From assembly GCA_903839725.1 (NCBI GenBank), contig CAIMDG010000001.1, forward strand, positions 301,315-358,670: 57,356 bases of DNA, in the 5' to 3' direction. Origin of the DNA: an uncultured bacterium. Its GTDB lineage: Bacteria; Patescibacteriota; Minisyncoccia; Phycocordibacterales; PALSA-1337. Below are positions 38,188 to 46,807 of the stretch, piece by piece. The position numbers and the translations under genes are program-made. A model generated the notes under the pieces. That model ran no database searches. It was not told the DNA's origin and was given only the letters and a program-made list of their open reading frames with translations. Numbering within the stretch: the stretch's first letter is position 1; every line of letters begins with the position of its first letter.

Positions 38188-39093
38188 CTATTTCTTCTCT
38201 TCATGTAATATCGTCACCGCCTTTGTTACAATCGGCAAAATATCATTGTAAAAATTGAGTTCGAGAATATCTCCAAGCTTGAACCACTTCGCATCATCGA
38301 GACCAGGCTTATCAGCGAGTGTGAGATCCCCAAACTTTGCTTCAGCCATATAATAGTGAACCTGTTTGCGAATCTTACCGAGTTCTGGGTCGTTGGCAAT
38401 ATATTCATTCTGTCCAAGATCAGCTTTAATCTTCACGTCCAGACCAATCTCCTCTTTAACCTTATTCACAGTACCTTGCTCTGGCTCTACTCCTTCAGGA
38501 ATTTTTCCCTTGGAAAGAGTCCAGTGACCAAAAACGTCATGCACAAAAGCGAGAAGTATCTCTTCACCATTGTATGCATATACAACTGCTCCACCGAGAT
38601 GCTGAATGAGCATTTGTTCATAGGGAACATCAACTTTCTTTTTCTTGGCAGGAACAGCGTCTTTGCCTGGCTCACCGAGCTCCTTGTAGACTGCACCGAG
38701 CACACCGTTTACGAAGCGACCTGACGTATCTCCGCCAAATGTTTTCGCAAGTTCGATTGATTCATTGATAGCAACTTTTGCAGGAACTTCGGCACGATCA
38801 GCAAAAAGCAATTCATAGAGACCGAGACGGAGAACGTTGCGGTCAACAGGAGAAATTTTGTCGAGAGGCCATTCTGGTGCAGCTTTGACGATGATCTGAT
38901 CAATGTCTTCGCGCTTAGCCAAAATACCCTTGAGTAACGTTTCTATGAATGAAACATCACCAAGTCCTGGAGCAAACTCTTTGGCATTACGAACCACGAT
39001 AGCAGACACTTCTGCATCACTATGCTCGCCACGAAAATCCCATTCAAAAAGAGATTGAAGGACGACGGAACGAGATAAGTGTCTATTTGCCAT
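38188..39093 (-). CDS. nusB: Transcription antitermination factor NusB fused to a Nudix-like domain
   Basis: RHLSR, VDRNVLRLG, AINESIELAK, FVNGVL; C-terminal WTLSKGK...KEEIGL. Confidence 0.92.
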   Translation of the reverse strand: MANRHLSRSVVLQSLFEWDFRGEHSDAEVSAIVVRNAKEFAPGLGDVSFIETLLKGILAKREDIDQIIVKAAPEWPLDKISPVDRNVLRLGLYELLFADRAEVPAKVAINESIELAKTFGGDTSGRFVNGVLGAVYKELGEPGKDAVPAKKKKVDVPYEQMLIQHLGGAVVYAYNGEEILLAFVHDVFGHWTLSKGKIPEGVEPEQGTVNKVKEEIGLDVKIKADLGQNEYIANDPELGKIRKQVHYYMAEAKFGDLTLADKPGLDDAKWFKLGDILELNFYNDILPIVTKAVTILHEEKK

Positions 39094-39201
39094 AATGTAG
39101 TTAAAGAACGTTTGAGTTAAGAACTAAAGTTAATTTCCAATTTCCAAGCACCAATTTCCAAAAGTATCACCTTCTAGATATTGCGAATTAAAAACTGACA
39201 A

Positions 39202-39411
39202 CTATTTTGCTGTTTTCTTCACAGCCTTTACTGCCTTTGCAGTAATATCAAGGATTTTGCGACCATTGTAGGTTCCGCAATTCATACATACAGCGTGACT
39301 ACGGTGAGCCGCGCCACATTGCTGGCACTTCGAAGTACGCATCGCATCAAGAGCGTGGTGTGAGCGTCTGTTATTTCGGTGCGACTTAGTCGCGCGCATT
39401 CGATTTACCAT
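39202..39411 (-). CDS. rpmF: 50S ribosomal protein L32
   Basis: RRSHHAL, CQQCG...HAVCMNCGTYNGR. Confidence 0.93.
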   Translation of the reverse strand: MVNRMRATKSHRNNRRSHHALDAMRTSKCQQCGAAHRSHAVCMNCGTYNGRKILDITAKAVKAVKKTAK

Positions 39412-39453
39412 AAATAAGAGTATTACACATTCTGATAATTCTTGCAAGAAACA

Positions 39454-39562
39454 GCGATGCAAATACGCAAATACATGCGAATGATGCGAATACGTCGCAC
39501 CCAATTCTAGACGCTGGTGTGTTTATTCGCGTCATTCGCATGCATTTGCGTATTTGCATCGC
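39454..39562. repeat. Palindromic element family B, full intergenic copy (39-bp arms, 2 mismatches)
   Basis: gcgatgcaaatacgcaaatacatgcgaatgatgcgaata ... tattcgcgtcattcgcatgcatttgcgtatttgcatcgc. Confidence 0.88.
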
Positions 39563-39636
39563 AACTTTATAAATATAACAATACACATATTGTTAAAATC
39601 ACAAAAGTCTGGTACATTGCTAGACGTTAGAAACGC

Positions 39637-39709
39637 GCGCCCATAGCTCAGCTGGTAGAGCAGATCCCTCTTAAGGATAAGGTCGTAGGTTCGATCCCTA
39701 CTGGGCGCA
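39637..39709 (+). tRNA. tRNA-Lys(CTT)
   Basis: gcgccca/tgggcgc acceptor, loop ctCTTaa, GTTCGA T-loop. Confidence 0.93.
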
Positions 39710-39712
39710 CTA

Positions 39713-39795
39713 GAGTTACAAGTGCAAAGTTGAAAGTTACAAGTTATACTCATTGTGTGTGTAATTTTGAACTTTTGACTTTGCACTTTTAACTT
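39713..39795. repeat. Heptamer-unit inverted repeat between tRNAs
   Basis: agttaca agtgcaa agttgaa agttaca ... ttgaact tttgact ttgcact tttaact. Confidence 0.7.
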
Positions 39796-39799
39796 ACTT

Positions 39800-39881
39800 G
39801 CGGGGGTGGCGAAATTGGTAGACGCACGTGCCTTAGGAGCACGCGGAGTAATCCTTGGAGGTTCAAGTCCTCTCCCCCGCA
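39800..39881 (+). tRNA. tRNA-Leu(TAG)
   Basis: gcggggg/cccccgc acceptor, cgtgc ctTAGga gcacg, long variable arm. Confidence 0.95.
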
Positions 39882-39900
39882 CAAACTGCAAATAACCACT

Positions 39901-40039
39901 AGTCTTGCGAAGCAAGACGTTCAGGACTTGAACGGCGGAGCTATATTGCGTCGAGCACGACGCAATAGCGAGCCGGTGGCCAGCCCGAACGAGGCGGGTA
40001 GCCGAGTGAGAGGCGAGGCCAAGTCCTCTCCCCCGCACA
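39901..40039 (+). repeat. tRNA-linked structured element (after tRNA-Leu TAG) ending in a direct repeat of the tRNA 3' end
   Basis: Hairpin + aggacttgaac (antisense T-arm) + conserved core + caagtcctctcccccgcaca (same as 39864-39883). Confidence 0.8.
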
Positions 40040-40047
40040 CATTTTAA

Positions 40048-40944
40048 TTATATTGCTCTCAAAACCCACACCTTAGATGAATCAATCAAACCGTCTATCA
40101 TTTTCTTTTTTTGAGGATCAATCTTAGACGAATCTTTGAGCACAGAAAGTTCGCTCACAAGATCTTTTTGACTATATTCCACAATTTCAAAACCGAGTCT
40201 TTTGAAGAAATTTTCTACTTCCTCTGAAGAACCAATACTATTTGATCTGAAATCTCTTTGGGTGAGACTATTGATTTTCTGTACAACAGCCCCCATTTCT
40301 GGGTATGCGATTACAATATCTCGTATCCTGCTTGAATTCGCCAAATCTGGAGTGATCCACACACCTCCTTTTTCTTTTAAAACAGAATACATATTCTTTG
40401 CAGCAATTTCTTTTTCTGCAACCGTAAGATACTGAAACAATCCTTCATTGATTATACACACTGGACCATCAGGAAATGTTCCGACTATCTTCTCAACCTC
40501 GGGGCCATCCAGAACATTCAATGAGTGAAAATCGAGGTGCCTATTATTCATATCCACCTGCAATTCTTGTACCAACAATTTCTTTTCAGCGAGCATATCT
40601 GGCAAATCGGTCTCAATATAATGAATATTCTTATCCTCTGTCATTATAATTCCCCGTGGCAAAATACCAGCGGCCAATTCGAGTATATTGGTTACACCTT
40701 TGTTCAAAGCCTCTCGCTGCACCAATTCTGAAAGTGACTTATACCTAAGTTCGAGCATCGCTCCCATCCACCATTCAATCATCTCAGAACCAAAAATTTC
40801 TTTGGTCACCGTGTCGGACTCGGTCAACTCAGAAATCTGAGCAGAATATGGTATATCACTCTTTGCACGCATATACGCTACAAGTTTTGCTGTTGGACTC
40901 ACTAGATGATGCGCACCCTCGATTGTATGTATTTGTTTTTCCAT
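40048..40944 (-). CDS. Class I SAM-dependent methyltransferase (LCM-like)
   Basis: SPTAKLVAY, ILELAAG, YIETDLP, INEGLFQYL, WITPD. Confidence 0.8.
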   Translation of the reverse strand: MEKQIHTIEGAHHLVSPTAKLVAYMRAKSDIPYSAQISELTESDTVTKEIFGSEMIEWWMGAMLELRYKSLSELVQREALNKGVTNILELAAGILPRGIIMTEDKNIHYIETDLPDMLAEKKLLVQELQVDMNNRHLDFHSLNVLDGPEVEKIVGTFPDGPVCIINEGLFQYLTVAEKEIAAKNMYSVLKEKGGVWITPDLANSSRIRDIVIAYPEMGAVVQKINSLTQRDFRSNSIGSSEEVENFFKRLGFEIVEYSQKDLVSELSVLKDSSKIDPQKKKMIDGLIDSSKVWVLRAI

Positions 40945-41061
40945 AAATTGAGTATACCACAAGGTTTTTTAGTAACACATAATATATGAGATACACAAAC
41001 TTCCAGAGAACGGCTCAAAACCTCACTATCTCGGCTATATTCATACTCATACATACTACTA

Positions 41062-41091
41062 TTGACAATGACCAGTCATTCATGCTATAAT
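41062..41091 (+). promoter_or_regulatory. Sigma70 promoter with internal palindromic operator
   Basis: TTGACA-18-TATAAT (extended -10 TG); AATGAC-ca-GTCATT at 41067-41080. Confidence 0.65.
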
Positions 41092-41213
41092 TGACACAGG
41101 TACGAAAAGTTAGGGTTCAATTCGAAAGGACCTTGAAAAATAAATACCGTTGAACTCGCGCCTCTCTGGTGCGTAGCTCAAGCTAATCAAAAAACAAAAA
41201 CGGTTCAAATCCC

Positions 41214-43184
41214 GTGGTCGCACCGAGTGTGGCCGAAATGAGAAAGACCAAGCTAGTGAAAAAACCAACTCCGATACTGAGCAACAAGCTCAAAGTGAAA
41301 TGCCCTGATGCTGCCAGCTTCACCATCGTGGTGATGGCCAAAGAAGACACCAAGCCGGCGGTCCAGGTGACTCAGACCAAGACTATCCCGATCCCCGTCC
41401 CGGGGGCCGAGATGTCGGTGAATCTTTTCACCGACCTTGTCTGGAACACACCCCCCCGGGCAGAAGCGGGTATCACCTATGTGGCCAACGTAATCGCCCT
41501 CGGCACCTGTGCCGCGGAAGAAAGCGCAATGGCTGCACGGGAATTCGCGGTGACCGGCAAGGACGTGGCGAAGTGGAAGAAGGCGACTTCTCCCGCTCCC
41601 GCTGATGCTCCCAAGTTGCCCCCGGCGGATACGTCCGCTCCGACGGCGACCGAAAAGGCCGACAAAAAGGCGGATGAAAAACCCGCCCCGACCCCGGCTC
41701 CGGCCTCTGGCTCCCCCGCTCCGACTCCTGCTCCCGCCACGAAGGTTTACAAGTTCCCGGTGACCTACTGGGACCTGAAGAACCGGATGGGCAAGACGAT
41801 GAAAAATCGCCTGAAGGAGCTACAAGATTCCGGTAACACGGAATTCTGGGTGGAGTCCGAAGAGTTGGTGTTCGCGTTCCATGCGTTGACGGCAGACAAG
41901 AAGATGCCGTCGGTGGAGGAAGTGAAGGAGATCCGCGAGAAGGTTGAAAACCTCATCACGCGGATGCACGTGAAGTGCGAAGAAATTCGCGCTATCAAAC
42001 GTGCTGAGAATACGGTGGCGGCCCTCAAGGTCCCGACGATTCAAAACCTCCCTCCGGCTCCTGCGCCCGTGACCATTCCTGCCGAGAAGTTGGCGGCGAA
42101 TGACACGGATGCAAATGCGAATGCGGGCAAGAAGGCGACCGGCGCGAATACGCCGGCTCCGGCTCCCAAAGCACCGGCTCCGACGGCGGCCCAAAAACCC
42201 GCTCCGGCCCCGGCTCCCGCACCCGTGAAAAACCACAACACCCCCGCCGCGAATACGACCACGACCGTCAAGGTCGAGCCGATCGAGGTGGTGGTGAAAG
42301 TGGTCATGCCGACCCCGCCCCCGGCTCCCCTGCCCCCGACGCCTCCGACTCCTCCGGCACCCCCGGCGGATACGAGTGCTCCGGCCAAGACGCCCCCGTC
42401 CGATGAAAAGAAGATGACGTGGGTCGACTGGCTGATCTGGGGTCTCATCATTGCGGCACTCATCAGTGCCGGCATTTGGTGGGCTTGCAGCACGAAGAAG
42501 TCGGCGACCCCGGTTGCGAAGGCCACGGTGGCTAACGCGACGACGGGCATCACGACCAACGTGATCACGGTCAACAACACGAACGGCAATACCAGCGTTC
42601 AGGTTGTGAAGACCACCGACGACAAAAGCCCCATCAGTGTAAGCGGGGCGATCAGCGTCGGCAACGGCAATACGGGATCGGTGATCGGTGTGCAGAACAA
42701 CAACCAGACCTACAACTACTACTACGGCGATAAAAAGTCGGAAAAGGTGGTTGGTCGTGGCGCCGTGAATAACGACGCTATCGATAAGGACAAGGACGAA
42801 CAGACGGGTAGTGCGGAGAAGGTTCTTCGCATTCCCAGCTGGAAGCCCTGGCCGAAGGTTGACTGCTCGCTCCTCGTTGTTGTGCCCCGCCCCGAGGTCG
42901 TGAACGGCGAGGTCAGCAAGACGGTTTACCTCGAAGACGGTCAGACGGCGGTGTTGGACACCCCCTATGGCTGCCATTACGAGGTCAAGGAGATGCGCTC
43001 CTTGAACGCGCTCGAAGGGATTGACGAGTTCTGCCACGCATATGTGGCTGGACTTCAATATCCGGAAGCAGTGAAAGCGCGTGACCGCCAAGCTGGCAAA
43101 ACGCCGGTGTGGCAACTGTGGCTCACCCCCAAGAATGGGAAGGCCATGGCGCTCCACATCAAGTTGATCCGCGATCATGATTGA
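41214..43184 (+). CDS. Pro/Ala/Thr-rich single-pass membrane protein (GC-rich gene)
   Basis: PAPA repeats, TM WLIWGLIIAALISAGIWW, Asn/Val-rich stalk; start could be the ATG at 41238. Confidence 0.75.
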   Translation: MVAPSVAEMRKTKLVKKPTPILSNKLKVKCPDAASFTIVVMAKEDTKPAVQVTQTKTIPIPVPGAEMSVNLFTDLVWNTPPRAEAGITYVANVIALGTCAAEESAMAAREFAVTGKDVAKWKKATSPAPADAPKLPPADTSAPTATEKADKKADEKPAPTPAPASGSPAPTPAPATKVYKFPVTYWDLKNRMGKTMKNRLKELQDSGNTEFWVESEELVFAFHALTADKKMPSVEEVKEIREKVENLITRMHVKCEEIRAIKRAENTVAALKVPTIQNLPPAPAPVTIPAEKLAANDTDANANAGKKATGANTPAPAPKAPAPTAAQKPAPAPAPAPVKNHNTPAANTTTTVKVEPIEVVVKVVMPTPPPAPLPPTPPTPPAPPADTSAPAKTPPSDEKKMTWVDWLIWGLIIAALISAGIWWACSTKKSATPVAKATVANATTGITTNVITVNNTNGNTSVQVVKTTDDKSPISVSGAISVGNGNTGSVIGVQNNNQTYNYYYGDKKSEKVVGRGAVNNDAIDKDKDEQTGSAEKVLRIPSWKPWPKVDCSLLVVVPRPEVVNGEVSKTVYLEDGQTAVLDTPYGCHYEVKEMRSLNALEGIDEFCHAYVAGLQYPEAVKARDRQAGKTPVWQLWLTPKNGKAMALHIKLIRDHD

Positions 43185-43199
43185 TCACTGTTAGAATCG

Positions 43200-43241
43200 C
43201 CCGCCCCCACCTTGTAGCAATACTTGGTAGGGGCGGTTTTT
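43200..43241 (+). terminator. Intrinsic terminator
   Basis: ccgcccc...ggggcgg followed by a T-tract. Confidence 0.65.
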
Positions 43242-43461
43242 ATTTCCAAAACAAGGCCTACCCTTGAAACTCCTAAAATGGCTTATTTATTATATAAAAA
43301 GCAAAACAAGGGTAGGCCTTGCATACCTTGACTTTACATATGAAATATGCTATTATTATATCCAAGGACACATCCGATTGGATGAGCGTTCTCTGACAAT
43401 TTAAACAACAAGAAACCCGTGACTTTCCTGTAAGGGAAGTCACTAACTGAAAGGATACAGT

Positions 43462-44517
43462 ATGAAAATGCTCGAACTCCTCCAAGCAGCCATAACTTGG
43501 CCGCGGAGAACATTGATGAACTGGCGCAAGCCGGACGGGTGGACAGCGTTATCTGTCCTGGTGCAGGTGATAGGCGTGGCGCTTTGCGCTTTTGTCTATT
43601 TTGTCCTGATAGGGGAAATCCCCTTCCTGAAATCCTTGAGTGGATTCTGGACGAGCTTGGTCATCATTGACCTCTCGATCGTAACCTGGGCATATATCAT
43701 GTGGTATACCCCATGGTATTCCTGGTGGTTCGTTGAGAACAAACCAGGACGTGCATCCGTCGGCAGAAGTAAACGTGCTGATGGAAAGACCATTGGTGCT
43801 GACGGCAGTCCAAAAGGACTCTATGCCTTTCGTGCGGCATGGCAAGGCAAGTTGCCTTGGGTCCAACCCTTCATCGGGTTCAATACGACAGCAGTCATCA
43901 TTATTGATAAGCTGAAAAGCAATAGCCCTCTGAAGATTATTTGCCAGAATAGTGCTGGCAACAATCAACAAACGGGCTGCAAACTCCACTACAAGTTCAA
44001 TCTTTCTCCGATGCTCGACCGGTTGTGCCATTTGGCACTCATGGACGAGGAACGGATTATTGAGGACTTCGATAGTAACACTGCACAGGAAACAATTCAC
44101 TGGTGCAGAGACAAAAGCGAAGATGTTCTCTTCGCGGGGATCGGTAAAGATGGAGCCCTACAAAAATTCATCGCGAATATGTATGGGGGTGATGGGGTTG
44201 CGTCAGATTTTGAAAAAGATCGCGCGACTGAAATCAAATGCCTCATGTTCACCGAAATTGATCAGGACGACACGACGAAGAAAGTTCGTCGTGCAGGAAC
44301 AACATTCGGCGCCGTGGCTGATGGCATCAAGACTCTGACAGGGGCGTTCCCTGCCACAGTATTGGAAAAGCTTGATCCAAACATGATCCTATACATGTCA
44401 GGTCAGACCGTCAGTGAGGTCGGCGGTGAACCCATATTCATATTCGGCGGCGGCGACACCACAACGGCTCTCCTTGAAGCCGCAACCAAACGCAAGGGGA
44501 AAGGAGGAAAAAAGTAA
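43462..44517 (+). CDS. Hypothetical membrane protein (possibly SPFH/band-7-like)
   Basis: Two N-terminal TMs plus soluble domain; AAGGA upstream; family guess is weak. Confidence 0.6.
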   Translation: MKMLELLQAAITWPRRTLMNWRKPDGWTALSVLVQVIGVALCAFVYFVLIGEIPFLKSLSGFWTSLVIIDLSIVTWAYIMWYTPWYSWWFVENKPGRASVGRSKRADGKTIGADGSPKGLYAFRAAWQGKLPWVQPFIGFNTTAVIIIDKLKSNSPLKIICQNSAGNNQQTGCKLHYKFNLSPMLDRLCHLALMDEERIIEDFDSNTAQETIHWCRDKSEDVLFAGIGKDGALQKFIANMYGGDGVASDFEKDRATEIKCLMFTEIDQDDTTKKVRRAGTTFGAVADGIKTLTGAFPATVLEKLDPNMILYMSGQTVSEVGGEPIFIFGGGDTTTALLEAATKRKGKGGKK

Positions 44518-44676
44518 ATGAAAACATTCAAATGTCTGGTGAGCGAAGCTACGGTGTGCCTTGAAGCGAAATCAATCGCAAACAAGGAGCGCTTGAAAGC
44601 GACGCTCGCAATTCTCGGTGCAGCAAATGTGGTTTCGATTGCCATCTGGTTGCTGATGAGGCACCTCGGCAGTTAA
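44518..44676 (+). CDS. Small membrane protein (52 aa)
   Basis: Starts right after the upstream stop; C-terminal hydrophobic stretch; hairpin follows (44692-44722). Confidence 0.5.
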   Translation: MKTFKCLVSEATVCLEAKSIANKERLKATLAILGAANVVSIAIWLLMRHLGS

Positions 44677-44748
44677 GCCCCATGAATGCACAAACCCCGC
44701 GACGTCTAACGTTGCGGGGTTTAATTCATGTCTGAAATTGTGTGTGAA

Positions 44749-45033
44749 CTAGAGACTACCTACGGTATTTGAGATGAGTCGGATGAATCCCCAAGCAGAG
44801 ACCATAATGAATAGACCGATAATACCTCCAATCATTGCCTTCTTGCCGTTTGAACGTGTCTCAGAATCAGAATCACCTCGTATCAACTGGAATGCACCGA
44901 AAACAAATACCAGTACAGCAACTCCGAATAGTACTCCAATGATAGGATTGATGACATTCTGAATTACTGGATCAATAGCAGCACCAAATGCTTCAGAATC
45001 AGCTGCATGCACTATAGGAATAAGACCAGACAT
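44749..45033 (-). CDS. VirB2/TrbC-like pilin
   Basis: Two hydrophobic helices, GKKAMIGGIIGLFIMVSAWG. Confidence 0.75.
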   Translation of the reverse strand: MSGLIPIVHAADSEAFGAAIDPVIQNVINPIIGVLFGVAVLVFVFGAFQLIRGDSDSETRSNGKKAMIGGIIGLFIMVSAWGFIRLISNTVGSL

Positions 45034-45041
45034 TTTTATTA

Positions 45042-45425
45042 TTAGTTCGATGTTCCCGCATTATCAACTGTTGATAGGTCAGGAATTTGTGGAATTTCTG
45101 TCTTGTCGATACTATCAGTTGTTGTAAATGTATTTCTCAAGATATTTACGAGACCCCAGATCGAGAGGATAACGAACAAACCAACGATACCCCAGAGGAT
45201 AGCATTGCCAATAGGCTTACGATCATCACTGTCAGCCTTGACGATATAACGAACGACGTTGTATATAATCCAGATAACCGCAAAAGCAACGAGAAGTTGA
45301 GTAAGGGTATTACCAATACCAACCAATTTTGCTACGAGTGTATCAGCGTCAGTAATTTGACCTGCAGTTTGAGCTAAAGCAAACGAAGGCGCGAGGGTTG
45401 TGAGCACTGCTATAAATTTTTTCAT
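45042..45425 (-). CDS. VirB2/TrbC-like pilin
   Basis: Signal peptide ending ALAQ, ILWGIVGLFVILSIWGLV. Confidence 0.78.
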   Translation of the reverse strand: MKKFIAVLTTLAPSFALAQTAGQITDADTLVAKLVGIGNTLTQLLVAFAVIWIIYNVVRYIVKADSDDRKPIGNAILWGIVGLFVILSIWGLVNILRNTFTTTDSIDKTEIPQIPDLSTVDNAGTSN

Positions 45426-45513
45426 ATATAAATAAATTATTAATCAGACTAATTATTACCCTACTATTATATCACCAAAACGAAATGCAACGAACTTATA
45501 CTGTGGATTACGC

Positions 45514-45897
45514 TTAGTCAGCAGTATTGTATCCACTTCCCCCACTCGATGGTAATATTTCACTAAAACTTGACCATGAAGGTGCTGTCGTATCACCTTC
45601 ACCGAAGAAGGTATTTTTTAAGATGTTAACAATACCCCACACTGACAATATGACGAAAAAACCTATGATACTGTACATTACGTACGGTGCAGCTTCCTTA
45701 TGATCATTCTCCTTCACAAAATATTTAATGATATTCCAGACAAAGATAACCAATGCAACACCCATAAGTATGAAGAGGGCTTGATTCAAATATCCAGCAA
45801 TACTAACTGCAAGATCACTCAGTGTTTGGCTTGATGCAAAAGCAAATGTCGGGATACTAGACGTGATGAATGCTCCTGTGTAAATACTTTTTTTCAT
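45514..45897 (-). CDS. VirB2/TrbC-like pilin
   Basis: Signal ending AFA, VMYSIIGFFVILSVWGIV. Confidence 0.78.
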   Translation of the reverse strand: MKKSIYTGAFITSSIPTFAFASSQTLSDLAVSIAGYLNQALFILMGVALVIFVWNIIKYFVKENDHKEAAPYVMYSIIGFFVILSVWGIVNILKNTFFGEGDTTAPSWSSFSEILPSSGGSGYNTAD

Positions 45898-45918
45898 ATG
45901 TAATATATTAATTGTTAA

Positions 45919-46323
45919 TTACCTCACATCCCCACCCTGAATCGCATTAAGTGTATCTTGATTGACCACTCCGGTTGCGGCTAATGTATTTATAATAATA
46001 TTGATCATGATTTGCGCACCAACCACTATCGCAACACCAATCATAATATATGCAAGCCAGGTCTTGAGCTCTTTCAAGCGATCTGGCTTCCCTTGAGCAA
46101 GGACAAATTGGAAACCAACCCAGATAAATGCGAGTACTGCGAGAATAATAACAAAATAACTAAATATCTCAACAAACTTCTGGATGAGTCCAGAAATAGA
46201 ATCAACAGCAAGAGGATTTTGCAAACCTTCAGCGTACACATATACACTTGGAATACTTATTACAAAAGATGCCATTGTGCATATCTTGAGAAGTGAAGCA
46301 TTCATTTTTTTATGTATATTCAT
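45919..46323 (-). CDS. VirB2/TrbC-like pilin
   Basis: LQNPL, IWVGFQFVLAQG...IMIGVAIVVGA. Confidence 0.78.
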   Translation of the reverse strand: MNIHKKMNASLLKICTMASFVISIPSVYVYAEGLQNPLAVDSISGLIQKFVEIFSYFVIILAVLAFIWVGFQFVLAQGKPDRLKELKTWLAYIMIGVAIVVGAQIMINIIINTLAATGVVNQDTLNAIQGGDVR

Positions 46324-46336
46324 ATGTATTCAATAT

Positions 46337-46804
46337 TTAATTATTTAGTAATGTTTTGAATCCTTCATTTGAACCCAACCAACTCAGGAGCTGATAGACA
46401 ATGAACCACGCTGACAACATGATAATAAATCCCCAAAATATCTTTGGAAAAATATCGTATGCTTTCTTGCGATTTTCTTGTGTACCAGAAATGAATAAGT
46501 AGCCCATCCACATAAAACCAGCGATGGCCACAAATACACCGACAGTTATCATTGCTGTAATAAGGTGCTGAACCAATCCAATGAGTGTTTGAAAATTACA
46601 GACAACATAGTTACCATCGTCAGCTGTCCCCGCAGGAAGAGCTGGACCATCACAGACGGCGAGTTTATAACCGGGTTCAGTTGGATTGTCTTGAGCTGAC
46701 ACAAACGACGTATTGAGAGCGATACCAGCAACTACAGCGAGCAGGACATATACCACGAACCTCATAGATGAATGCTGCAACAATGCTTGTGTGTAGTGTT
46801 TCAT
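46337..46804 (-). CDS. VirB2/TrbC-like pilin with Cys pair
   Basis: LAVC...VCNFQTL, WMGYLFISG...KKA...IFWGFIIMLSAWFIV. Confidence 0.78.
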   Translation of the reverse strand: MKHYTQALLQHSSMRFVVYVLLAVVAGIALNTSFVSAQDNPTEPGYKLAVCDGPALPAGTADDGNYVVCNFQTLIGLVQHLITAMITVGVFVAIAGFMWMGYLFISGTQENRKKAYDIFPKIFWGFIIMLSAWFIVYQLLSWLGSNEGFKTLLNN

Positions 46805-46807
46805 AAA

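Noticed and set aside
39532-40038. 168-aa minus-strand ORF
   Set aside because: Runs antisense across two tRNAs and repeat elements
42098-42126. ANDTDANANA in the GC-rich protein as another family B repeat copy
   Set aside because: Similarity is short and explainable by low-complexity Ala/Asn coding
41820-43178. 452-aa antisense ORF
   Set aside because: Shadow of a GC3-rich sense gene; Arg/Gly-rich composition with no protein-like features
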